This document shows, in pieces, positions 53,914 to 62,540 of a stretch of DNA of 64,000 nucleotides. Location: contig JALZWA010000034.1 in assembly GCA_023299815.1 (NCBI GenBank), positions 137 to 64,136 on the forward strand, given 5' to 3'. Origin of the DNA: Akkermansiaceae bacterium. GTDB lineage: Bacteria; Verrucomicrobiota; Verrucomicrobiia; Verrucomicrobiales; Akkermansiaceae. A program made the translations under genes and the position numbers. The stretch's first letter is position 1. Each line of letters opens with the position of its first letter. The notes under the pieces were generated by a model. That model worked only from the letters and a program-made list of their open reading frames with translations, ran no database searches and was not told where the DNA came from.

Positions 53914-55595
53914 TTTAAAAAATCAGGCCAATACGTTCTCAAGTGGCTCAGCAAATAAGGAGGGAGGTCGTCGCTTTCAAGAAACTCAGAAAGCGCAGCC
54001 GCTTCCCTTTTCTGATCATTCATAAAGAGAACAGTGGCCATCACCGCCCGGTCTGGAGCCGCCAGCTTCTCTCCCCGATATTCAGAGAGCTGCTCAAGAG
54101 CCATCTCTGGGTTTTGGCCCAACTCGGTAAGCGCCAGAGCTGCTGAAAGTGAGGCCGCAGGAGAGTCATGATTGAGAGGAATGAGAAGCCGACGCGCACG
54201 CGAAAGATCTCCTCCGCTCACAGTCAAAAGCAACGCATAGCGATAGCGAGCAAAGCGATCGTGAGGACGCGCCGCATGGACCCGCTCGTAAAAATCAGCC
54301 CCTTTTTTGCCGTCATAGTCCAAATAGCGCTCTAAAAAGACAAGCTCGACAGCCGGAGGCCACTCATCAGGAGATAGTCGCATAATCGCCTCCGCTATTT
54401 TCTGCGCTCCCTTCCCATCCTTAAATCGTTCGGCCAGTTTCAGGATCACCTGGTGAGCCTGATATGTTCCATCCAAAGACGCTGCTTCCAGCGCCCGCTC
54501 TCGGTAGAAAATTCCCTGAATGCTATTCCCTGTCTGAAACTCCAATCCGGCCTTCGTTGCCTCTAGAAAATAATTTTTCATCTTAGAATGAGGGGTTTCC
54601 AGAAGCTTCAGAGCCTCGGTATATTGCTCATCGTCGATCAGACTCTGCACCTTGGCCAAAAAGGTCGTCAGATCTTCCTGAGCCCTCTCAGATGAGAGAG
54701 CTGGCAGACGCTCCGAGGCTTGATTCTCCAGCAGCCACTTCGCGAGCGCTCCCGGATCTCTCTGCTCATACTGCTCCACGATCTGCTCGAGCAGCTTTTC
54801 ACGCTCCTCTCCCTCGAGCCTTCGCACATGAAGACCAGCGGCAAAAAGCCGCTCCTCTACCCCACCAAGTTTCCTTTGATCCAGCCACAACAGAAGTTGG
54901 TCTCCACGAAAAAGATCACCCGCTTTGTCCAAATCAGCAATCGCTCGAAAACCTCGGAGAGCTCTCTCATCTTCCCCTGCCATTTCCCGCTGGATCAATA
55001 GCACCGCAAGACGCCGGGCTGCCGGATCTTGGTCGAGTCCACTGAGAAGCTCACGAATCAAAATCCATTCTTCAGCGCTTGGGGCATCGGTCAACCAATC
55101 CTGTGTTGAGAGAAAGGCGGCCTCAAGACGCCCCTCTTGCTGCAAAACTCGGCTTTTTAAGAAACCAATTTTCCGATCTCCAGCCAAAGAACTAGGGAGT
55201 TCGCCCTCCACTTTCCGAAAGAAATCCAATCGCCCTAAAGAGAGCGCCCCTTCTAAGACTTGGCGGTAATCTTCACCAGTAACATCCACTTGCTTGAGCA
55301 AGGTATCCGCGATCGTCTCGTAGCTCGCTGAGCGAAGAGTTCGCGAAAGCTCTAGCAAGTCGCGGAGCTGATCAGCGGACCTCGTAGAGACTTCCCATGC
55401 CAGCACAAGCTGCTCATGCGCCAAGGATAAATCCTGACTCGCGAGCGCCTTCTCAGCTTCTTGAATCGTTTTCTCAAAGCGCCATTTCCACAGCCCTCGT
55501 TTTACAGGAATCGCTAAAAAAGCCACCGCCACGAAACCGCTAATAACGAAACTCCAGAAGACTCGACGAGAAATAGTTCGCTTGGCAGGACGCAT
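53910..55595 (-). CDS. Membrane-anchored all-helical (TPR-like) protein, paralogue 1
   Basis: N-terminal TM helix and helical-repeat composition. Clearly paralogous to 56799-58463 (for example FYERVHAARPHDRFARYRYALLLTVSGGDLSRARRLLIPL versus FYERLHASRPSEPFTRRKYALMLTVAGEENSRARRLLMPL). ATGA overlap with the exosortase start. Confidence 0.6.
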   Translation of the reverse strand: MRPAKRTISRRVFWSFVISGFVAVAFLAIPVKRGLWKWRFEKTIQEAEKALASQDLSLAHEQLVLAWEVSTRSADQLRDLLELSRTLRSASYETIADTLLKQVDVTGEDYRQVLEGALSLGRLDFFRKVEGELPSSLAGDRKIGFLKSRVLQQEGRLEAAFLSTQDWLTDAPSAEEWILIRELLSGLDQDPAARRLAVLLIQREMAGEDERALRGFRAIADLDKAGDLFRGDQLLLWLDQRKLGGVEERLFAAGLHVRRLEGEEREKLLEQIVEQYEQRDPGALAKWLLENQASERLPALSSERAQEDLTTFLAKVQSLIDDEQYTEALKLLETPHSKMKNYFLEATKAGLEFQTGNSIQGIFYRERALEAASLDGTYQAHQVILKLAERFKDGKGAQKIAEAIMRLSPDEWPPAVELVFLERYLDYDGKKGADFYERVHAARPHDRFARYRYALLLTVSGGDLSRARRLLIPLNHDSPAASLSAALALTELGQNPEMALEQLSEYRGEKLAAPDRAVMATVLFMNDQKREAAALSEFLESDDLPPYLLSHLRTYWPDFLK

Positions 55596-55627
55596 TTACG
55601 GACGAACCGTAGCACGAAGTTCGGCAC

Positions 55628-55654
55628 AAAAAAATGCAGGAAAATGACTTCCTG
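55628..55654 (-). terminator. Weak intrinsic terminator/attenuator between the cargo gene and TPR-like paralogue 1
   Basis: On the minus strand, CAGGAA-GUCAUU-UUCCUG is followed by CAUUUUUUU. Confidence 0.4.
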
Positions 55655-55676
55655 TATTTGACGATTGCGAGAGTCC

Positions 55677-56507
55677 CTAAGACCTCCGCTTTCGTAGGAA
55701 TGTCCAAGGCATCAACATTACCAACAAGGGCAGCACCGCTCCTACCTCAGGAACTGTAATCGAGGTCTTGGCCAGCGAGATCGTCGATTCTCCGTAGACG
55801 ATCTCATAGCCCTCAGGCAGACCAGAGACGTTATAAAAACGACCACGTCCTTCACCCGGAGCTACCGTAGCAAAGGTGTATGAATCTTCCGTGAGTTCAC
55901 CCAGTTGGCTAAAAGTGATAAAACTACCATTAATCGCCATCGCCCCAGCTGCAAAAACCAGATCAGTTCCTCCCTCACCACCCAACTCAATGAACCAGTT
56001 ATGATCGAGAATTTCCAGATCTCCATCCGTTCCATAGGAACCGATCGTTTCGTAGCCCCCGGGATTGATAAAGCCTGATTTTCCAGTGCTGGGCCAATTC
56101 CCGTCATCTGGCCACCACTGAGAGTCTCCCGTCGAAGTATCTCCGGTCCGCCCATCGTCTCTGGGTATTTCCTCCCTGGCGATCGCAGTTGCCGTTTTAT
56201 CCACAGCAGTAGCGACCAAGAGACCCTGCTCTTGACTAGTGAATTCCTCTCGGACGAGATCATCTCGAACGGCAGTCGCAACCTGATCAATCAGATCACC
56301 GGCAAACTTGCTTTCGCCTGCTTGCTGCTGCTCCGAAATGATGCCCGAAATCCTTTCCAAGTATTCGGAAAAGGCGCGAGAAGGCTCCTGCCGGACTTCA
56401 TCGGTAATTGTGGCACGACCAGAACCTTCCTCACCGCCCTTTTGTGCAAAGGCAGGCGAAGCAAGAACCAGCGCTAATAAAGCGGTCTGCTTAAATCGAG
56501 TTTTCAT
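55677..56507 (-). CDS. Secreted protein with variant PEP-type C-terminal sorting signal (VPEV...LPL...PW...RKRRS)
   Basis: Signal peptide MKTRFKQTALLALVLASPAFA from Met17. C-terminus ...GLPEGYEIVYGESTISLAKTSITVPEVGAVLPLLVMLMPWTFLRKRRS. Confidence 0.7.
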   Translation of the reverse strand: MKTRFKQTALLALVLASPAFAQKGGEEGSGRATITDEVRQEPSRAFSEYLERISGIISEQQQAGESKFAGDLIDQVATAVRDDLVREEFTSQEQGLLVATAVDKTATAIAREEIPRDDGRTGDTSTGDSQWWPDDGNWPSTGKSGFINPGGYETIGSYGTDGDLEILDHNWFIELGGEGGTDLVFAAGAMAINGSFITFSQLGELTEDSYTFATVAPGEGRGRFYNVSGLPEGYEIVYGESTISLAKTSITVPEVGAVLPLLVMLMPWTFLRKRRS

Positions 56508-56798
56508 GTAAATTGGGGGTGAAACCAACGTGCTGATTACTAACTTAGCTAGCAATCCGCAGACGAGTGATTGTCAATCGACCCCAATTAACTCAAGTTT
56601 GAAAATATCTGACGTTGAGAGAATCTCCTCATTTATCTCTCGAAGCCTTTTAAAATAGAGGCTCATTGTGAATAACTCTGAGCCCAACCGGTTAATTTTT
56701 ATAATTCGAGCCCAAAATCTTATTTTAGATCTCCTTATTAATAGCCGACTTGTCCCTTTCTAGGCTCTCGAACAAGCCCACCCAGACAGCTCCTTTCA

Positions 56799-58463
56799 CT
56801 AAAAGGTCCTCAAAAAGCTCAACAAGTAGGGCTGAACCCGTGATTCATCCAGCGTCTCGGATAGCTCTTTCGCCTCATCAGCCTTCCCATTCTCAGATAA
56901 AATAGTCGCGTAGATCAGTTTCGCTGGATCTTGCAAACCACTCGGATCGATCTCCTCAATCTCGGCCAGTGCCCTTGCGGGGTCATCCCTTAACCAGGTC
57001 ATCGCAATCGCACATGAAAGCGACTCGGAAGGATGAGTCCGAAGAAGAGGCATGAGTAATCGGCGCGCCCGCGAGTTTTCCTCCCCTGCCACGGTGAGCA
57101 TGAGGGCATATTTTCTTCGGGTAAATGGCTCACTTGGGCGGCTCGCATGCAACCTTTCGTAGAAGGCACAGATTGCGTTCGCATCGAAATCCATATATCG
57201 GTCCAGAAATTCCAACTTCGTTGCACTCGGCAATAAGCCCGGATTAAGCTCACTCATTGCCATGGCAACCTTCTCCGAACTCTCCCGATCTTCAAATCGC
57301 TCTGAAATCATCAAGATTGCAGAGAAAAATTTATAGCGTTGAGAGAGCGCGGCCGCCTGAATCGCTCGATTCCGGTGGAACAAGCTAGCCGAAGAATCCC
57401 CCAACTGATAGGCCAAGCCCGATTTTAGGGCCTCTACGAGATGCTTCTCAACTCGGGGATGAGGAACTTCCAGCCACTTCCACGCTTGCTTGTAGTCACC
57501 CCGGTCAATCGCCACCTGAATTCTTGCAAGATAAGTATCTTCACTGACGGCACTCTCATCCGAGAGCATCTCCTCGAGAGCTTCAGCGGCGTGATTCTTA
57601 AGCAGCCAACGCACCACCTCCGCTGAATTTTCTTCTCCGAACTTGTCCCTCACACCCACAATAAAAGCTTGGCGATCTTCCTCAGGGATTTGACTCAAGA
57701 CTAAGCCATGAGCAAAAAGAAGATCCTGAACCGTCCCAACAGTTGTCCGTTCCAACCAGTCAGCGATCTCATTGCCCAGACCGTGATCTTGCTCGACTTT
57801 GAATAGCTGAAGATCTCTCAAAGCCAAAAGGCCCACCTCAGAATCGACGGAAGCAAGATCCTCCCGAACAAGAGCCGCTGCCTCTTCGAAAGCCTCTTGC
57901 TCATTTCTATTCTTTAAGAGCAGCTGTCTCAACAGACTCCGTGCCTCAGGAACCTTTTGGAGATTGCTCCTCGCCCAAGAGAGCGCCTCTGACTCCCTTC
58001 CTGTAGACGCTAGGAATCTGCTCTGGTAAAACTGAAAGTGAGCCTCCTCCTGCAGCGCATCAGGCATCTTTTCATAAAGAGATGAAAAGAGATGGGGCTG
58101 TCCGAAATCGAGGCAAATGCCCAAAGCTCGATCATAGTCCTCTCGCTTGAGATCGTCCTTATCGAGGAATGCTGTCAGGACAGCAACGATCATAGGAGAG
58201 CGATTGTTCTGAGCAAGCCCTAGAACCTTGCGCAGCTCCTCAAGGGATTGGTCCGAGACATGCCAAGCGAACTTCAAGGAATGCTCCGCTTGCTGACCAT
58301 TCCCCTCGCCAAAGTGGTCGACTGCTTCCGAGAGTGATCGCTCGAAGCGGAACTCACGAAGATAATTCTTCGCAGGCTTCAGCGCACAAATAGCAATGAC
58401 AATCAGGAGAACAGAAATAACAGACTTCCGGCTGCGAAGGACTTTCTGAAACAGCGTTTTCAT
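56799..58463 (-). CDS. Membrane-anchored all-helical (TPR-like) protein, paralogue 2
   Basis: Same architecture and conserved blocks as 53910-55595. C-terminus QPYLLSFLRTF versus PPYLLSHLRTYWPDFLK. Confidence 0.6.
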   Translation of the reverse strand: MKTLFQKVLRSRKSVISVLLIVIAICALKPAKNYLREFRFERSLSEAVDHFGEGNGQQAEHSLKFAWHVSDQSLEELRKVLGLAQNNRSPMIVAVLTAFLDKDDLKREDYDRALGICLDFGQPHLFSSLYEKMPDALQEEAHFQFYQSRFLASTGRESEALSWARSNLQKVPEARSLLRQLLLKNRNEQEAFEEAAALVREDLASVDSEVGLLALRDLQLFKVEQDHGLGNEIADWLERTTVGTVQDLLFAHGLVLSQIPEEDRQAFIVGVRDKFGEENSAEVVRWLLKNHAAEALEEMLSDESAVSEDTYLARIQVAIDRGDYKQAWKWLEVPHPRVEKHLVEALKSGLAYQLGDSSASLFHRNRAIQAAALSQRYKFFSAILMISERFEDRESSEKVAMAMSELNPGLLPSATKLEFLDRYMDFDANAICAFYERLHASRPSEPFTRRKYALMLTVAGEENSRARRLLMPLLRTHPSESLSCAIAMTWLRDDPARALAEIEEIDPSGLQDPAKLIYATILSENGKADEAKELSETLDESRVQPYLLSFLRTF

Positions 58464-58515
58464 ACTCGATCATACGAGCTTATCTCGCTCTCCTAAGGTT
58501 CCTTTGATCGAGTCC

Positions 58516-59040
58516 CTATCGGCGGCGGCGTGACCAGAACCAAGGCAACAACATCCCCATAAGCGGAAGAATCGTACTGACTTCAGGAACAGAGAGATTC
58601 ACAAGGTAGACTTCATTCTGAACATAGGAGACCCCATAACCGTCCGGAAGGCCCGTCACCGTAGCAAATTGCCCGATACTGGTAGTGCCGCCAGCATCGG
58701 TGATGTTCCCGCTCCCGCTCGTGGCTTGGTAAATTAGAATCGAATTTGCGAGAGGCTCGCTGATAATATTGATTGCCAATGTACTACCAGTCAGGTCACC
58801 CGACACACTCTGCACATAATCAGAGCCATCAGAGCTTAAATCTATCAACCATCTTTGGTTCCCTTCAATATGGCCGTCGCCGATACTCGTCGCCACGATA
58901 CCAACTCCACCAGGATCAATGGTGCCGCCCTTACCATCACCACCACCGTCAAGTTCATCATCGGCCCTCTGTGAGAAGCCTATCGTAGTAAGTGAAGAAA
59001 AGATAAGTAGGAATAAGGTCTTAATTGAGATCGAAGTCAT
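58516..59040 (-). CDS. Secreted protein with variant PEP-type C-terminal sorting signal (VPEV...LPL...PW...RRRR)
   Basis: Signal peptide MTSISIKTLFLLIFSSLTTIGFS from Met71 of the track ORF. C-terminus ...GLPDGYGVSYVQNEVYLVNLSVPEVSTILPLMGMLLPWFWSRRRR. Confidence 0.7.
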   Translation of the reverse strand: MTSISIKTLFLLIFSSLTTIGFSQRADDELDGGGDGKGGTIDPGGVGIVATSIGDGHIEGNQRWLIDLSSDGSDYVQSVSGDLTGSTLAINIISEPLANSILIYQATSGSGNITDAGGTTSIGQFATVTGLPDGYGVSYVQNEVYLVNLSVPEVSTILPLMGMLLPWFWSRRRR

Positions 59041-59077
59041 TTGAGAATATAATTGGGGGTGAAACATCGGAGAAAAC

Positions 59078-59695
59078 TTAGACCGCACGGCGGCGGCGAC
59101 CAACGAAACACACTGAGGCCAATAGGGCCAACACGGCGCTCGATGGCTCAGGAACAGGAGCTGTCGCGGCGATCGCCTGACCCAGCGTGATCGCCGTCGC
59201 AGGAGAGGTGGAATCCGGATCGTAGACAAACGCACCAAAGGAAGGAGCAAAGAGATCAGAGTCCCCCGAAGGCCTCAACTCGAAGCTGATCCAACCGTAG
59301 TGATCCTGTGAGTCCTTAATAGCGGTCCAATTCGTAGTTCCGGCGACGTATCCATTGAGCAGAACGTTTGTGCCAGCAAATCCATACCAGTTCGTGAAGA
59401 AATCCACTTCCCTAGGAAAGGCCGTATCGGCTTGAAAACCTTCACCCGAGTTCTCAAAAAAATCTCCCGCAGTGTCAGAATCCCCGAAAAATTGGGTCGA
59501 GTTCAAGAAGTTCAATCCGCCAACGACGGTGGGCTGAGCAATTTCGAAGTCTGCGATGGAATCTCCATCAAGAAAGATAGCGGTGCCGCGATCGAGCGAC
59601 GAGCCATTCTGCTCCGATAGATCAAACACAGTAATTTGCGCGCTCGCAGAAATTGCGGATAGAACAAAAATAGAGATGAATTTCTTAATTGTCAT
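59078..59695 (-). CDS. PEP-CTERM sorting-domain secreted protein (classical)
   Basis: Signal peptide MTIKKFISIFVLSAISASA. C-terminus VPEPSSAVLALLASVCFVGRRRRAV. Confidence 0.8.
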   Translation of the reverse strand: MTIKKFISIFVLSAISASAQITVFDLSEQNGSSLDRGTAIFLDGDSIADFEIAQPTVVGGLNFLNSTQFFGDSDTAGDFFENSGEGFQADTAFPREVDFFTNWYGFAGTNVLLNGYVAGTTNWTAIKDSQDHYGWISFELRPSGDSDLFAPSFGAFVYDPDSTSPATAITLGQAIAATAPVPEPSSAVLALLASVCFVGRRRRAV

Positions 59696-59997
59696 TTGGA
59701 AATTATAGGAGAAAATTGTGAAAAGTTTGTGAGTAAGACTGGGTGATGAGCCCGCTCAGGACCAACTTCTGGACTTAGAGTAGCGTAATTCACTATAATG
59801 TCACGGAGATTTAAATATTTATTTCCGCTTACCTTTCTCCGTGCTTTAATGATTGGGAGAGCAACATGAAAGCAAATCTCCCACTACTCTGAAGAGAAAG
59901 CACACTGTGTTGCTAATAACTTTATTTGAGATGCCCATATCAGCCTGCTTGCTGTGAATAATTCGGCCCTCTCAAACACGGCATCACACGAGAGCAC

Positions 59998-60033
59998 AAA
60001 AAAACGTCTCTAGGGAAAAACCCAGAGACGTCT
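59998..60033 (-). terminator. Rho-independent terminator of rpsU
   Basis: On the minus strand, GACGUCUCUGGG-UUUUU-CCCUAGAGACGU (one bulge) is followed by U7. Confidence 0.75.
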
Positions 60034-60057
60034 TGAAAATTGAATCGCTATTCTGAC

Positions 60058-60315
60058 TTAGGAAGCATCGCGAGCTGCAGCTTCTTGAGCGCGCTTGGCG
60101 TCAGTTCCTTCAGAAATATACTTCCAACGAACTTTATTACGCTTAGGAGCGGTGCGCGCCTTGCGGATGTTCCGTGTAGTAGTGGATTCATGCGCACGGC
60201 GACGGCGCATTTCTTCGAGGATGCCCTCGGTATCAAGCTTGGTTTTAAGACGCTTGAGAGCACGGTCAACGGTTTCTCCGTTCTTGACATCAACGCCACG
60301 TGTAGGTTTCGACAT
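60058..60315 (-). CDS. rpsU: 30S ribosomal protein S21 (with a basic/acidic C-terminal extension)
   Basis: VDVKNGETVDRALKRLKTKLDTEGILEEMRRRRAHE...RKARTAPKR matches the S21 pattern. 85 aa. Confidence 0.85.
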   Translation of the reverse strand: MSKPTRGVDVKNGETVDRALKRLKTKLDTEGILEEMRRRRAHESTTTRNIRKARTAPKRNKVRWKYISEGTDAKRAQEAAARDAS

Positions 60316-60418
60316 AAAAAAATTCCCTTAAGGTTTAGTTGCGGGGGCGGGACGCTAATCAGACCACCCCAAGGGGTCAAGCATCCATTTGCGGAGTTTT
60401 TAGAATAATTTTAGAACC

Positions 60419-60937
60419 CTAGAGCTCTTCTTCCTCACCGTCGTATTCAGGGACCGGTGGCAAAAGATCCTCACGCTCAAGCAAGAGCGGAATCGAAAGA
60501 TCATCAAGGAGGTCATCTGCCGTCTGATTCAACACACTGGCAAGGGGAACGATGCGATCAAGCTCCGCAATGGCACAGTGAACGAGAGAGGAAATGATGT
60601 CCGTATCATAGAGTTCCTTCTCAAAGATATTTGTCGCGCGAAAGACAATGAGGCTACGATCAAGGTCGTATTCGAAGTTTCCAATCGTCAACTGCTTGTT
60701 CGCGCGCATCACAAGCTCCAGGCCCAGCGGCTCGCGGAGATTGTCAAATCTCAGCGGGGTTTCGGCCACGATCGAAAGCGCATTGAGATTTGTAAAAACC
60801 TGAGCATAGAGTCGGATCTGAGTGTGGTGCGCCTCAAAGGCGGTTTCGAGAACCTCGCGCCCCTCAATAGGCTCAGAATGCCACCCTTGGCGGCCGAAGG
60901 TATCGATAACAGACTGGAACTGACGTGATGGACCCAT
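60419..60937 (-). CDS. YbjN-like (T3SS-chaperone-fold) cytoplasmic protein with acidic tail
   Basis: From Met29. The general YbjN-domain pattern (...AHHTQIRLYAQVF...LSIVAE...) and an acidic C-terminus. The assignment is weak. Confidence 0.4.
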   Translation of the reverse strand: MGPSRQFQSVIDTFGRQGWHSEPIEGREVLETAFEAHHTQIRLYAQVFTNLNALSIVAETPLRFDNLREPLGLELVMRANKQLTIGNFEYDLDRSLIVFRATNIFEKELYDTDIISSLVHCAIAELDRIVPLASVLNQTADDLLDDLSIPLLLEREDLLPPVPEYDGEEEEL

Positions 60938-61164
60938 AACGGCAGGAATGTGAGAGGGCTGAGCCCGAGAGGAAAGAGTTATTTTCCTCAGAAAGCTCAA
61001 GAGTCTGCCCCTCATCATCATGCCCAGACCATCACGGTAGCGCTGCCCTCGGAAAGACCCATTGAGTCCCTATGGTGAAAAATCTATCATACACATTCGC
61101 GTGAACTCAGGGACCTCTGTCTTTTTAAAGTTCCCTCAACACTATCGGAGATCACACACATACG

Positions 61165-61550
61165 ATGAAACTTATTACTCTCGCGCTCGCTATCGCGTGC
61201 TCGCAGTTGCTGGGACAAACCATCTATAGATGCACCGGACTCGGCGACGGTGCGGGCTGGAACAATGCGGGATCTTCAGTCAATCAACTGGAGTGCTTTC
61301 TCTCTCAGAGAAGGGCTTCGCAGGAGAGATTGTAATCGAAAGCCTCACCTTCAATGAGAGCGGTGAATTTGAAATCAGCTTTCGTAACCTGATGCCAAGT
61401 GCCACTTATCAACTAAGAAGAAGCACTGACCTGCAGACCTTTGATCTCGATATTGAGGCCCCATTCTCGGGCAACACCACAAGAGTGGTAATCGACACGG
61501 ATCCACTTGAGAAGGCCTTCTATCGCCTCCTTGAAGTTGTCGCCCCCTAA
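61165..61550 (+). pseudogene. Small secreted protein gene apparently split by a frameshift
   Basis: ATG 61165 encodes the signal peptide MKLITLALAIACSQLLG... and stops at 61333-61335 (56 codons, below the track cutoff). A second frame, open from 61230, carries the folded-looking body ...GFAGEIVIESLTFNESGEFEISFRNLMPSATYQLRRSTDLQTF...YRLLEVVAP. Confidence 0.3.
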
Positions 61551-61591
61551 GCCAGGGAAGAATCACCTCCTTTTTCCTCCAAGGACTCCCT

Positions 61592-62458
61592 CTAATCCTC
61601 CTCTAGCTCCACCCTAAGAAGAGTTTTTTGCCGGGGCTTATCCGTAACATCAGCGAGCCATTGAAAGGCATGCGCACGGTAGAGGGGCACATCGTTACCT
61701 CTTCCTAAATGCTCAAGCAGAAGAGTGGCATTTGAACCCTCGCTCTCGAGAGTGAAATTGCACATCTTACGATGCTGGAAATATCCCTGTGTGATGATTT
61801 TTTGAAACCCTTCCTCACCATTGATGGTTTCAGCGGCTTCTTGGTTAAGAACCTCGGCATAAGTCACTGAGTCTTTCTTGTTTTTGGAATCCTTTGCAGG
61901 GTAAAAAGTGACCGTGGTCTCATCAATATTCTCGATGGTCTGTTTCTTCGCTTTCCCTTCCAAGAGATCAGGATCGCGATACCGCCCTCCCATGCGTGTC
62001 TGAATCACCATCTTGATCTCGCGACCGGTCAGCTCCTCCATATTTAGAACCTCAGGTTGCAAGGTAAGCTCACCTCTCTTGTCCGTGATCGCGTAGCGAA
62101 ACTTAATGCCGCCCGCTGCTTCACCCTCGATCGTGGCATGAGAAAATTTGGTGCTCTTTTCATCCTTGGTCGTGAGGCTTTTCGGAAGAATCAAGTGCCT
62201 CCGAGTCCGGCCATTTTTCATCGTCTCTCGGAATTCAAGCTGTTGAGCGATCTGATAGTAGGCGGATTCCTTGCCCTGGGGTCCCATCTTGGGATGGATG
62301 GTGATCAGGCCGTCTGGATTGATCTTTAAAGTGAACCCCTCGTGCTCGTGAATAGCAAAGGTGCCAAGCAAGGGAGCCTTATCAAAAGAAGGGAGCTGAC
62401 CTTGGACCGGCACCAAAAGTGAGGCCCAAAGAATGATTGAAGGGAAATTCATTTTCAT
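61592..62458 (-). CDS. Secreted hypothetical protein
   Basis: Signal peptide MKMNFPSIILWASLLVPVQG. 288 aa, Lys/Glu-rich. No recognised domain. Confidence 0.5.
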   Translation of the reverse strand: MKMNFPSIILWASLLVPVQGQLPSFDKAPLLGTFAIHEHEGFTLKINPDGLITIHPKMGPQGKESAYYQIAQQLEFRETMKNGRTRRHLILPKSLTTKDEKSTKFSHATIEGEAAGGIKFRYAITDKRGELTLQPEVLNMEELTGREIKMVIQTRMGGRYRDPDLLEGKAKKQTIENIDETTVTFYPAKDSKNKKDSVTYAEVLNQEAAETINGEEGFQKIITQGYFQHRKMCNFTLESEGSNATLLLEHLGRGNDVPLYRAHAFQWLADVTDKPRQKTLLRVELEED

Positions 62459-62540
62459 GATTTTCCGAAAGTCTCACTTACACTAAACGCCAACAAGCCA
62501 ATTCCCCTGAAATCAAATGAAACTGTGCGGGCAAGTTATA

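Noticed and set aside
56667-56675. A shared 9-mer, TGTGAATAA, in the two AT-rich intergenic regions (56667-56675 and 59953-59961), considered as a possible common operator.
   Set aside because: It is too short and too AT-rich to be significant in ~600 nt of AT-rich spacer. Its distances to the downstream starts differ (about 160 versus 260 nt), and the flanks are not conserved.
59041-59250. The N-terminal 70 codons of track ORF 58516-59250, which overlap the 3' end of 59078-59695.
   Set aside because: The extension is Arg/Pro/Leu-rich shadow sequence across the neighbouring gene's PEP-CTERM tail. Met71 at 59040 gives a proper signal peptide and mirrors the paralogue's start context.
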